DNA of 64,000 bases from Terriglobia bacterium (GTDB lineage Bacteria; Acidobacteriota; Terriglobia; JAJPHL01; JAPKYU01): contig CBDCVK010000010.1 in the NCBI GenBank assembly GCA_965223005.1, positions 1,120,001-1,184,000 of the forward strand, given 5' to 3'. A model generated the notes under the pieces. The model made no database searches. It saw nothing but the letters and a program-made list of their open reading frames with translations, and had not been told where the DNA came from. Below are positions 24,213 to 33,565 of the stretch, in pieces. The stretch's first letter is position 1. Each line of letters begins with the position of its first letter. A program made the translations under genes and the position numbers.

Positions 24213-24512
24213 CTACCTGGCAGTGGCGGCCGGCTGCGACTTGCCGATGGGCAGCACGTCTTCCAGGCTGGGATGCGGGCGAGGGATCACGTGCACGCTG
24301 AGCAATTCGCCGACACGCCGGGCGGAGGCTGCACCGGCGTCGGTGGCCGACTTGACGGCCGCTACATCGCCGCGCACCAGCACCGTGACGTAGCCGGAAC
24401 CGATCTTTTCGTAGCCAACTATCGTCACCTTGGCCGCCTTCACCATGGCGTCGGCGGCCTCGATCATCGCCACCAATCCGCGCGTCTCGATCATTCCAAG
24501 GGCATCACCCAT
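24213..24512 (-). CDS. BMC hexamer shell protein (BMC-H, EutM/PduA-like)
   Basis: ALGMIETRG...AADAMVKAA...RGDVAAV...HVIPRPH. Confidence 0.96.
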   Translation of the reverse strand: MGDALGMIETRGLVAMIEAADAMVKAAKVTIVGYEKIGSGYVTVLVRGDVAAVKSATDAGAASARRVGELLSVHVIPRPHPSLEDVLPIGKSQPAATAR

Positions 24513-24560
24513 AGATCCTCCTTGTTTCCGCTCCTCTTGGGTCGTGCGGCCCCAACTGAC

Positions 24561-25370
24561 CTAGCGGCTGGCCAAGGCCCGCGACTTGAGCAAGTCGTCC
24601 ACCAGGGCAAGCAATTCCTCCCGCGTGACGTAGAACCGCTGGCCGGATTGGTTTGCCTGAGGTAGCTCCGCCGGCGGCGCGTCGGACACCACCGGGCAGC
24701 TGGGGCCGGCCGACGGGGCCGACTCCAGCCCGAAATAGCGCTGGCGGGCCTGCATCAATTTCTCGACCTCAGCGCTGGTGAGCAGCACCTGCCGTCCCAA
24801 CATCTCGGTCACCAGCGATATCCGTGCAAAGTGCTCCACGGTCTCCATCTTGAAGTAAGCGCCCAGCAGGTCCCCGCCGTAGGTGACCACGCCATGATTG
24901 GCCATCAGGATGGCGTCGTAGCTGGGCACCAAGTCTTTCAAGGCGTCAGTCAGCTCCGGCGTTCCCGGTGTGCCGTAACGCGCCAGGGGCACGCATCCCA
25001 GCGACAGCACGATCTCGGAGATCAACGCCTTGTTCAACGAAAGCCCGGCGGCCGCATAGCCTGTGGCGGTGGCGGGATGGGCGTGCACCACGGCCTGGAC
25101 GTCGGGCCGCCGGCGGTAGATCAACAGGTGCATGGCCAGCTCGGAGGAAACGTTGCGCCGTCCCAACAACTTGTTTCCCTCCTGGTCCACAACGACCAAG
25201 TCGTCGGGGCGCATCATGCCCTTGCTGATCATGGTGGGTGTAGCCAGGATGTCGCCGCTGGGCAGGCGCACGCTCACGTTGCCGTCGGTGGCCGCCACAA
25301 AGTTCTTCTGATGAAGCAGCCTCCCGATTTCGCAAATGTCGTGGCGGTACTCGTTCTCGGTCTTGATCAC
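24561..25370 (-). CDS. Class II aldolase (FucA/AraD-like) with C-terminal putative encapsulation peptide
   Basis: DGNVSVR, SSELAMH, VVHAHP, ANHGVV; Pro-rich linker followed by amphipathic TREELLALVDDLLK. Confidence 0.88.
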   Translation of the reverse strand: MIKTENEYRHDICEIGRLLHQKNFVAATDGNVSVRLPSGDILATPTMISKGMMRPDDLVVVDQEGNKLLGRRNVSSELAMHLLIYRRRPDVQAVVHAHPATATGYAAAGLSLNKALISEIVLSLGCVPLARYGTPGTPELTDALKDLVPSYDAILMANHGVVTYGGDLLGAYFKMETVEHFARISLVTEMLGRQVLLTSAEVEKLMQARQRYFGLESAPSAGPSCPVVSDAPPAELPQANQSGQRFYVTREELLALVDDLLKSRALASR

Positions 25371-25548
25371 GGCAGTCGGCGCTGGGTGGCTGTCTCGACC
25401 GGCCCTGCCCACTCGAGGCTGACCCAGCCGGCGCGGGTCGTTTGGCCGAGTGCGCTATCGTACCGAAACCTACTACCCTTGTAAAGCGAACCGGCCCTGC
25501 AAAGCTTCTTGCCCAGAGAGCCTGGCTTCATGGCTCGAGGGTATAGCT

Positions 25549-26967
25549 TTATTGCCTTCGAAGCTCGATCTGTCCTTTGCGGGTGAAGTTGATGGACTCG
25601 CCAAGAATCCGCGCCGATTCCTGGGGAGCGTGAAAGCCCGTCGAATTTTCCGCCTCGATGAAGTCCAGCAGAAACTGCGCCTTGCGCTGAAAGTCGCGTG
25701 CCGTAGCCAGTTCGGGCTCTGTTCTGCCAGCCTGGCGGGCTACCTTGATGTCCTGGATCAGCTCGACCAGAGCATCCATGGCCAGGTTGCGTAGCCTGTG
25801 GGTCCTCTGCTGGATGGTCTCGACGCGGGCTTTCAGTTCGTCTTCCGGCCACTTGTGGCAGGTCTGGCAGGCCCGATTGATGTTCAACAGCGGGCTGCGG
25901 ACGTGGTGGTCGCTGATCTTCATTGCCCCCTCTCGTTTGTAGGGCATGTGACAGTCCACGCAGGCCACACCCGAGCGCGCATGAATCCCCTGGTTCCAGA
26001 GCTCAAACTCAGGATGTTGGGCCTTCAGAACGGGAGCGCCGCTGTCGGCGTGGATCCAGTCCCGGAAGCCGGAAGCGTCATAGTAGGCAAGAATGTTCTC
26101 CACCTTGAGCCCGTTGGCCCATGGGTAAACCAGGCGTTTATCCCGGCCCTTGAAATAGTACTCAACGTGACACTGGCCGCAGACAAAGCCGCGCATTTCC
26201 TGGTGCGTCGCCATGGTATTGACGTCGTAATCTTTCTCGCCCTGGGACGCTTTCAGGGCACGGATACCTTCGACAAACGCTGGCCGTGTCACCCGTAGCT
26301 GCATCGTGTCGGGGACATGGCAATCGATGCAGGCTACCGGATGAGTGACCAGCTTGCGCGCTTCACTGTAGGGCAACTGATTGATCCGTTCAAAGCCCTT
26401 GAACAGATCCCCGTCACCCAGTTTCTTGTAGGAAACATAGACGGAGGCATGGCAGTGCAGGCAAGTCCCGGGCTGTTTGGCCACAATCTGGCGCTCGGTG
26501 TAGGTCTGGTCCTCCAGCATGAAGGCGTGGCCGCGCTCCTCACGGAAGTCGGTGGCAAAGGCGTAGCCAGCCCACATCGCTTTTAGGCGTGGGTCTTCTT
26601 CTAGCTTCGACTGCGCGACGAGAGAGCGGGGATCGGCCCTGGTTGGCGTTCGCGGCACAGCCTCGCTTCCCCCAAACCTAGTCCGGACCTGGTCCACCGT
26701 CCGGCGATAGCCGTCGTATTGCATGGGGAAGTTCTTGCCCCACACGGCAGGGTCCTCCGTATCATCGTTGAGTTCCACGACCCGGTAGAACGGGTTGCGG
26801 GCCTCCTGCTTGCGCTCGAAGATACTTACCAGCAGCGCGGCGCCTCCCGTTGCTGCCAGCGCGGCAATGACCGCCGTCATCACAATGAGCAAAGCCCGGT
26901 TGCTTCCTGCCCCACCATTCCGGCCATCATTCCTGTTAGTCGAGCGACCCTCAGGAGTCTCAGTCAT
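25549..26967 (-). CDS. nrfA: Ammonia-forming cytochrome c nitrite reductase catalytic subunit
   Basis: Five heme motifs (CLHCH, CIDCH, CGQCH, CVDCH, CQTCH), CHVEYYF, LKAQHPEFE, ENSTGFHAP. Confidence 0.93.
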   Translation of the reverse strand: MTETPEGRSTNRNDGRNGGAGSNRALLIVMTAVIAALAATGGAALLVSIFERKQEARNPFYRVVELNDDTEDPAVWGKNFPMQYDGYRRTVDQVRTRFGGSEAVPRTPTRADPRSLVAQSKLEEDPRLKAMWAGYAFATDFREERGHAFMLEDQTYTERQIVAKQPGTCLHCHASVYVSYKKLGDGDLFKGFERINQLPYSEARKLVTHPVACIDCHVPDTMQLRVTRPAFVEGIRALKASQGEKDYDVNTMATHQEMRGFVCGQCHVEYYFKGRDKRLVYPWANGLKVENILAYYDASGFRDWIHADSGAPVLKAQHPEFELWNQGIHARSGVACVDCHMPYKREGAMKISDHHVRSPLLNINRACQTCHKWPEDELKARVETIQQRTHRLRNLAMDALVELIQDIKVARQAGRTEPELATARDFQRKAQFLLDFIEAENSTGFHAPQESARILGESINFTRKGQIELRRQ

Positions 26968-27003
26968 TGCGTTGCCTCCCTGATCGTTTGCCCGGCACGG
27001 CAA

Positions 27004-27468
27004 TCACCGAGGATGTCCCACCGAACCGTGACAACCAGCACACGACAGCGCGGCTCTCCCAAGATTGTGAGCCGCCATGTCGTCCACGATGTCCTGGTGG
27101 CATTTCCGGCAGGCCTCCTCGCTAATCTTCAGGTTGTGCGGTTTGATGCGCAATGGCTCCGGGAATTGCCCGGAGGTGAAGGCGACCGAGTGCCACAGCC
27201 CGTTGGAGGCTTTGGTGGCGTACTTCGCCGCAAAGCCTGAAGGGGTATGACAGTCATTGCAGACAGCCACGGCGCGGTGAGTGGACCTGATCCAGGCGTC
27301 GTAGTACTCGCGCATGATGTGACAGTTGGCGCACGCCGAGGGATCGTCCGTAAAATAGGAGCCTCCCTTTGCGTATGAGAAGGTGTAAAAGCCCACTCCG
27401 ACGGCCAAGCCTACCGCAGCAGCGAGGAGGATGTGTGCGAGCTCAGCCGTCCTCAGTGGAAGCTTCAA
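27004..27468 (-). CDS. nrfH: Cytochrome c nitrite reductase small subunit
   Basis: N-terminal TM and four CxxCH motifs, ending VGH; adjacent to nrfA. Confidence 0.92.
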   Translation of the reverse strand: MKLPLRTAELAHILLAAAVGLAVGVGFYTFSYAKGGSYFTDDPSACANCHIMREYYDAWIRSTHRAVAVCNDCHTPSGFAAKYATKASNGLWHSVAFTSGQFPEPLRIKPHNLKISEEACRKCHQDIVDDMAAHNLGRAALSCAGCHGSVGHPR

Positions 27469-27671
27469 GCCTCGTCTCCTCAGGGCCTAAACACAGCAAA
27501 CACCAGCGGGTGCGAATCATTGCTTGACCGCAGCGTCATGCTGACGTCCTTCAACCACTACCAAGCCTAACATTAGGCCGGGATCGATTCTTGGGGTCAG
27601 GTCAAATACTTCGGATGCGGCAACCCGCGAGCGTCAAGAAATGAGCGCGCGGGATCTTTGTCCGCCGTGGG

Positions 27672-28976
27672 CTAGCGGAGCACTTCCGGATTGACGCAAT
27701 ACTGGGGAGGGCGGTTCTCGAGCACCGCCACCATGTCGGTGGCCATGGAGCGGTAGATGCGATCCATAGCCAGGTCGCTGACCCCGAGCACGTGAGGCGC
27801 GCAAAGCACCCGAGGGTCTTTGAAAATCCGGTGGGAGGAATCAGGTGGCTCAGTCGGGAACACGTCCAGGCCCACGGCGCTTAACTGCCCCGTGTCCAGG
27901 GCCTCGGCCAACACGTCGAGGCTTTCGACGACCCTGCCCCGGGACGTGTTGATTAGGATCGCTCCCGGCTTCATCAGCTCAAGCCGTTCCTTGTTGATTA
28001 ACCCCTGAGTTTGCTCCATCAAGGGCACGTGCAGGGAGACAAAGTCGGAGCGGCGGAGAAGCTCCGGAAGCTCCACCATTTGAACCCAGGGCACCCCTGC
28101 TTTGTCACTGCTGAGGAATGGATCGTAGCCGAGGATGGTCATGCCGAAAGGTTGTGCGAGCTTCGCCAGATGCGCTCCGATCTTCCCCAGGCCGATAATC
28201 CCTAGAGCATGCTCGGCCAAATCGCCGGTTTTGAAATCATATCGCTTCTGCCACTGGCCAGTTTTCACGATGCTGTCGCAGAGAGGGATTTGCTTCACAA
28301 GCGCCAGCAGAAGCGCCAGAGCCCCCTCTGCTACGGCGAAGCCGCTGACCGGCGCGTTGATTACGGCAATCTTGCGCGCCGATGCCGCGTCAACATCCAC
28401 GCTATCGAACCCGGCGCCGGTACGCCCGATCACGCGCAGTGTCGGGCAGGCGTCAATCATTCCGCCGGTCACCCGGCCCTCGCCCCGGCAGACCAGAGCG
28501 ATGGTGCCTTTCAGCAAACCCATCAGCGTTTCTTCGTCAGTCGAGGGAGCGATCTCGACCGGCGCCACTTGCTGGAGGATTTCAATGGCAGTCGTGTCGA
28601 TGGGTGCGGTGGCGACGATTCGCTGGGAGGCCGTAGCTTCTGCGGATGGAAACCTAATTCCCCACAGATCTTTCGCGTCCCTTAGTTCCACACCGAATTC
28701 GAAATTGCCGCTCTCGTTCTTCTTGTCGTCGCACCAGACGACTTTACCCATCGCACTTCGCTCGTTTGCGAGGTTCGTAACAACAACCTCCTCACCCGCA
28801 TCGCAGGGCTGCTTGCACTCGATCCTGGCCCCGTACTGACTCAGCACGACCGTCCAGCCCTCCATCCCCTGAAAACTGCCGCTGGCGTCTTTGACCAGCC
28901 GCACGGCAAGCCGCATGGGCACACGAGTACCTCGCCGTGCCCCTAACGTTAAATCCTCCGGTCTGATCCTCGCCAT
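27672..28976 (-). CDS. PilZ-like domain fused to D-2-hydroxyacid (SerA-like) dehydrogenase
   Basis: N-terminal RRGTR...VLSQYGA...GKVVW...FGVEL...LWGIRFP; C-terminal GLGKIG, INTSRG, DVFPTEP, PH. Confidence 0.8.
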   Translation of the reverse strand: MARIRPEDLTLGARRGTRVPMRLAVRLVKDASGSFQGMEGWTVVLSQYGARIECKQPCDAGEEVVVTNLANERSAMGKVVWCDDKKNESGNFEFGVELRDAKDLWGIRFPSAEATASQRIVATAPIDTTAIEILQQVAPVEIAPSTDEETLMGLLKGTIALVCRGEGRVTGGMIDACPTLRVIGRTGAGFDSVDVDAASARKIAVINAPVSGFAVAEGALALLLALVKQIPLCDSIVKTGQWQKRYDFKTGDLAEHALGIIGLGKIGAHLAKLAQPFGMTILGYDPFLSSDKAGVPWVQMVELPELLRRSDFVSLHVPLMEQTQGLINKERLELMKPGAILINTSRGRVVESLDVLAEALDTGQLSAVGLDVFPTEPPDSSHRIFKDPRVLCAPHVLGVSDLAMDRIYRSMATDMVAVLENRPPQYCVNPEVLR

Positions 28977-29280
28977 TTCAGCTATCCATCATGTTTGGTT
29001 GCGGCTCCGGGTCCTGAATTCGGTCTCCTGCTGATCGCGCGGCAGCCGCCGTTGCAAGAGGCTGCGCGGGCCTCGGATTTGTTTAGTTTGTTGACAATTG
29101 CATCGGCCCATGCTAGCTCTCCGGCTGCCCGATAGTAAAGAGCAAACGGCAATCCGGGATCGGATAGGGGGGAGTGGCCCAAGGAGCAGATATTTCCCCG
29201 TTAGCTTTGTACGATAGTTCCATGTAAAATCGCCTGCGATTCGTGCACGTCATCAGCGCTCATTGGAGTTTGAATAGTTT

Positions 29281-30633
29281 ATGAACGCAGCCTCTCAACC
29301 GCCGCCTGCAATTCCTGCTGCCGATTCTGTCGAAGCCCGTACCATGAAAAAGATCGGCAGACGCCTTCTCCCCCTTGTCTTTACCCTTTACGCGGTGGCC
29401 TACCTCGATCGCGCGAATGTGGCGTATGCCAAGTTGACCATGACGGTGGATCTTGGTTTTTCTGAAGCTGTTTATGGCTTCGGTGCCGGATTATTTTTTG
29501 TGGGCTATTTGCTGCTGGAAATCCCCGGTGCGTTGATTGTGCACAGGTGGGGTGCGCGGCTGTGGATGTCGCGCATTCTCATTTCCTGGGGCTTTGTCAC
29601 GGTCATGACCGGCTTCGTCCGTAATGCGAACGACTTTTATATTGCGCGGTTTTTACTGGGTGTTGCCGAGGCAGGATTTATCCCGGGAGTCATCGTTTAC
29701 TTGAACCAATGGTTTCCCAGCCAGTATCGGGCCCGAGCCATGGCCAGATTGCTCATAGGCGGCACTTTTGCATTGGTCATTGGAGGGCCGATTGCTGGTG
29801 CCATTCTGAGGGTGGGGTGGCTGGGGCTTGAAGGCTGGCGGTGGGTGTTTATTCTGGAAGGGGTTCCGGCAGTCACTATGGGCGTTCTTGTTCTGTTCAT
29901 TATGACAGACCGGCCCGCGAAGGCGAACTGGTTGCGGCCTGATGAGCGCGAATGGGTCATCAACGAACTGGAAGCAGAAAAACAGAGAAAGGCCACCTCC
30001 GGCAAGGTCACGGTTTGGCAGGCCTTTCGGCACCCCGCCGTGCTCATTTTGGCTGCGCTCGAGGTCCTGGCCAACATGGGGAATATAGCGTTTGGTCTAT
30101 GGCTGCCCACAATGATTCAGCGAGCCTCTGGCCTGCCGCCCCATCTTGCAGCAGCAGTGTCGGCGCTTCCCTTCGTGACGGCTGTGATAGGCCAACTGAC
30201 CAGTAGCTGGTCCTCGGACCGCAGGCGGGAGCGCGTCTTTCACACCGCCATCCCTCTTTTTCTGGCCGGCATCATCTTCCCGATCACGACTCTTCCCGGC
30301 ATGTCCTTCGGCTGGCTGCTGTTCTGGCTTTGCATGTCGAGTGCAGCCATCTGGGCGCAAGGTCCGCCCTTCTGGACCCTGCCCACTGTAGTCCTTGGAG
30401 AGGCGCCGGCGGCAGCCGCGATTGGCTTTATCAACACCGTTGGACAAGTGGGAGGCTTCTTCGGGCCCACTTTGGTTGGGGTCATGCTCACGGCAGGCTA
30501 CTCTTTTGACGACACTACCCGCCTCCTGTCGCTGGGCTTCATCGCGTCCGGCATGATGGCGTTAGGTTTGCGGCGTTATGTCCCGGCTCGCGGATCGGAA
30601 ACGGCGCAGCCGGAACCCCCAGATGCGAGATAG
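29281..30633 (+). CDS. MFS transporter (ACS family)
   Basis: YLDRANV, LEIPG, RFLLGVAEAG, GWRWVFILEG. Confidence 0.93.
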   Translation: MNAASQPPPAIPAADSVEARTMKKIGRRLLPLVFTLYAVAYLDRANVAYAKLTMTVDLGFSEAVYGFGAGLFFVGYLLLEIPGALIVHRWGARLWMSRILISWGFVTVMTGFVRNANDFYIARFLLGVAEAGFIPGVIVYLNQWFPSQYRARAMARLLIGGTFALVIGGPIAGAILRVGWLGLEGWRWVFILEGVPAVTMGVLVLFIMTDRPAKANWLRPDEREWVINELEAEKQRKATSGKVTVWQAFRHPAVLILAALEVLANMGNIAFGLWLPTMIQRASGLPPHLAAAVSALPFVTAVIGQLTSSWSSDRRRERVFHTAIPLFLAGIIFPITTLPGMSFGWLLFWLCMSSAAIWAQGPPFWTLPTVVLGEAPAAAAIGFINTVGQVGGFFGPTLVGVMLTAGYSFDDTTRLLSLGFIASGMMALGLRRYVPARGSETAQPEPPDAR

Positions 30634-30667
30634 TCAGACGCGAGATAGTCAGATGCAAGGCAGTCAG
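30620..30667. repeat. 15-bp tandem repeat x3 spanning the MFS stop codon
   Basis: cagatgcgagatagt cagacgcgagatagt cagatgcaaggcagt. Confidence 0.7.
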
Positions 30668-30870
30668 CGGTCCCGGATGACAACGTCCGCCCGGATGGCA
30701 GCAATCCGCGAGGACGAAATCCTCGCGCTATGGCCCTTCGCTACCACCCCACGCAAGATTGGAAGATAATAGTAGGCGGACCTGAATAGGTACCTGGCAC
30801 TGAACCAGAAAATATCGCATCAGGAAAACAGTAGCCGCGGGAGTCGGCGGCACGGGAGGTTGGAGGCAAC

Positions 30871-31569
30871 GTGGACAAGACGGTTCGCAACGCAGACGAA
30901 GCGGTAGCCGATGTCTCCGATGGAGCGCTCATCATGATGGGAGGCTTCGGGCTGTGCGGCATCCCGGAGAATCTGATTGCCGCACTGCGCCGCAAGGGCA
31001 CCCGCAACCTGACCGTGGTCAGCAACAACGCAGGCGTGGACAATTTCGGCATCGGCCTGCTGCTCGAGACCCGGCAGGTGAAGAAGATGATCGCCACCTA
31101 TGTGGGCGAGAACAAATTGTTTGAGGCGCTGATGCTGAAGGGAGAGTTGGAAGCGGAGCTGAACCCGCAAGGCACACTGGCCGAGCGCATCCGGGCCGGT
31201 GGCGCCGGCATCCCTGCCTTCTATACGCCCACCGGCTACGGCACCGTGATCGGTGAAGGCAAGGAAGTGCGCGAGTTCAACGGTCGGACCTGCGTGATGG
31301 AGCGCGCCCTGCGCGCCGACTTTACCTTCATCAAGGCCTGGAAGGGCGACCCCTGGGGTAACCTCGTGTATCGGAAGACGGCGCGCAACTTCAACCCGGT
31401 GATGGCAACAGCGGCCCGGGTGACCATTGCGGAGGTGGAGGAGTTAACGGAGGTGGGGCGGCTGGACCCGGATCAGGTCCACACCCCTGGGGTTTTCGTG
31501 CATCGGATCTTTCAAGGGGAGAACTATGAAAAGCGAATCGAGAAGCGGACGGTCCGGCGGGCCGGCTGA
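30871..31569 (+). CDS. scoA: 3-oxoacid CoA-transferase subunit A
   Basis: [44 protein letters not shown]. Confidence 0.93.
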   Translation: MDKTVRNADEAVADVSDGALIMMGGFGLCGIPENLIAALRRKGTRNLTVVSNNAGVDNFGIGLLLETRQVKKMIATYVGENKLFEALMLKGELEAELNPQGTLAERIRAGGAGIPAFYTPTGYGTVIGEGKEVREFNGRTCVMERALRADFTFIKAWKGDPWGNLVYRKTARNFNPVMATAARVTIAEVEELTEVGRLDPDQVHTPGVFVHRIFQGENYEKRIEKRTVRRAG

Positions 31570-32251
31570 GGCGGCGGCAGACGCGAAGCGAGAAGCGGCC
31601 CGCAGGCGGGAGCGGATCGTGCGCCGCATTGCCCGGGAACTGCGCGACGGGTACTCCGTCAACCTGGGCATTGGCGTGCCCACGCTGGTGGCGAACTTCA
31701 TTCCCGCGGGCATGGACGTGATTCTGCAGTCGGAGAATGGGATGCTGGGGGTGGGGCCCTATCCGGAGGAGGGGCGCGAAGACCCGGACCTGATCAACGC
31801 GGGAAAGGAGACGGTCACCGAGCGGGCCGGAGCCAGCTATTTTTCCAGCGCCGACTCGTTTGGCATGATCCGCGGCGGGCATGTGGATCTGACGGTGCTG
31901 GGTTCCATGGAAGTGGACCAGCAGGGCAACCTGGCCAACTGGATGATTCCCGGCAAAGTGGTCAAGGGCATGGGCGGTGCGATGGACCTGGTGGCCGGGG
32001 CGCGGCGCGTCATTGTGGCCATGGAGCACACCACCAAGGACGGCGCGCCAAAGATTCTGCGCAAGTGTACGCTGCCGCTGACCGGGGTGGGAGTCGTGGA
32101 CACGATTGTCACCGAGCTGGGCCTCATTCAAGTTACCAAGGAGGGACTGGTGCTCGAAGAGGTGGCCGAAGGAGTTACGCCCGAGCAGGTGAAGCAGGCG
32201 ACAGAAGCGCCTTTGCAAGTCAGCCCGAATCTCAAGAAAATGGAGGGGTGA
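31526..32251 (+). CDS. scoB: 3-oxoacid CoA-transferase subunit B (start uncertain)
   Basis: [31 protein letters not shown]. Confidence 0.92.
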   Translation: MKSESRSGRSGGPAEAAADAKREAARRRERIVRRIARELRDGYSVNLGIGVPTLVANFIPAGMDVILQSENGMLGVGPYPEEGREDPDLINAGKETVTERAGASYFSSADSFGMIRGGHVDLTVLGSMEVDQQGNLANWMIPGKVVKGMGGAMDLVAGARRVIVAMEHTTKDGAPKILRKCTLPLTGVGVVDTIVTELGLIQVTKEGLVLEEVAEGVTPEQVKQATEAPLQVSPNLKKMEG

Positions 32252-32261
32252 GGGAGGGAGC

Positions 32262-33446
32262 ATGGAACGGGCAGTGATTGTCGGGGCGGCGCGCACCGCG
32301 ATCGGCAATTTTGGCGGGGCGTTGAAGGAAGTCCCGGCGGTGGAGCTGGCGGCGCGGGTCGTGGAAGAAGCGCTGCGCCGGGCAGGGTTGGAGCCGGGCC
32401 AGGTGAATGAAGTCATCATGGGCCACGTGCTGCAGGCGGGCGTGGGAATGAATCTGGCGCGCCAGGCGGCGGTGAAGGCAGGCATCCCCATCGAGGTGCC
32501 CTCCTACACGGTGAACAAGGTGTGCGGCTCAGGACTGAAGGCGGTAACGCTGGCGGCGCAGGCGATTGCCTGCGGCGACGCCGAGGTGGTGGTAGCCGGC
32601 GGCGCGGAGTCTATGAGCGGGGCGCCCTATCTGCTGCAAGGGGGCCGATGGGGCTACCGGCTGGGCCACGGTGAGCTGCAGGATGCGTTGCTGGTGGACG
32701 GGCTGACCTGCGCGATGACTGACTCCTGCCACATGGGGGTGACGGCGGAGAATATCGCCGCCCGTTACAGCATCGGGCGCGAGGCCCAGGATGCCTTTGC
32801 GGCCTGCAGCCAGCAGCGAGCCGAGCAAGCCATTGCTGCCGGCAGGTTCACCGAGGAGATTGTGCCAGTGCCAGTGCCGGGCAAGAAGAAGGGGGAGGTG
32901 CGGCAGTTCGCCACCGACGAGTTTCCTCGCGCGGGTACGACGGCAGAAGGACTGGCGAAGCTGCGGCCGGCGTTTCAGAAGCAGGGCACGGTGACGGCCG
33001 GCAACGCCTCGGGGATCAACGACGGAGCGGCGGCGCTGGTGCTGGTCTCGGAGAAGCGTGCGGCCCAGTTGGGCAGCGAGCCGTTGGGCACCCTGCGGGC
33101 CTACGCGGCCGCTGGAGTGCCGCCGGAGGTGATGGGGCTGGGGCCCATCCCGGCGGTGCGCCAAGCGCTAGCGCGGGCGGGCTGGAACAAGGACGAGGTG
33201 GAGCTGTTCGAGCTGAACGAGGCCTTTGCCGTTCAGTCGCTGGCCGTGCTGCAGGAGCTGGAACTGGCGAGCGATCGGGTGAACGTCAACGGGGGCGCCA
33301 TCGCCCTGGGCCATCCCATCGGCGCCAGCGGCGCCCGCATCCTGACCACACTGCTGTATGAGATGCGCCGCCGGGCGGCCCGCCGTGGCCTGGCTGCCCT
33401 GTGCATCGGCGGCGGCCAGGGCATTGCCGCCCTCATCGAACGATAA
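32262..33446 (+). CDS. Acetyl-CoA C-acetyltransferase (thiolase)
   Basis: [27 protein letters not shown]. Confidence 0.96.
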   Translation: MERAVIVGAARTAIGNFGGALKEVPAVELAARVVEEALRRAGLEPGQVNEVIMGHVLQAGVGMNLARQAAVKAGIPIEVPSYTVNKVCGSGLKAVTLAAQAIACGDAEVVVAGGAESMSGAPYLLQGGRWGYRLGHGELQDALLVDGLTCAMTDSCHMGVTAENIAARYSIGREAQDAFAACSQQRAEQAIAAGRFTEEIVPVPVPGKKKGEVRQFATDEFPRAGTTAEGLAKLRPAFQKQGTVTAGNASGINDGAAALVLVSEKRAAQLGSEPLGTLRAYAAAGVPPEVMGLGPIPAVRQALARAGWNKDEVELFELNEAFAVQSLAVLQELELASDRVNVNGGAIALGHPIGASGARILTTLLYEMRRRAARRGLAALCIGGGQGIAALIER

Positions 33447-33565
33447 GGAAGCTTCTGTGCGCTGCCAGCAAAGCTCTTGAATCCCCCCAGGAAACTTCCA
33501 TTGAAGTTCACGTGCCGGCTTCCGGGAGCACCCTTACAACCTTTTCGAGAGTTGGAAACACCGTG

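Noticed and set aside
22740-24665. 641-aa plus-strand ORF and other long shadow ORFs (264-1196, 14901-16028, 33233-34891, 41582-42781)
   Set aside because: They are antisense to well-supported genes in high-GC DNA and have no recognisable motifs.
27520-27610. FNR box upstream of nrfH
   Set aside because: Only half-sites or wrongly spaced TTGAC/GTCA motifs are present.
23310-30667. Short tandem repeats (23310-23369, 30620-30667) and the 50268-50365 array as CRISPR arrays
   Set aside because: Units are 9-15 bp without 25-45 bp repeats or unique spacers, and there are no cas genes in the window.
31526-31569. 44-nt scoA/scoB overlap as a frameshifted fusion
   Set aside because: ATG 31526 has a GGAG RBS, so an ordinary overlapping start is sufficient.
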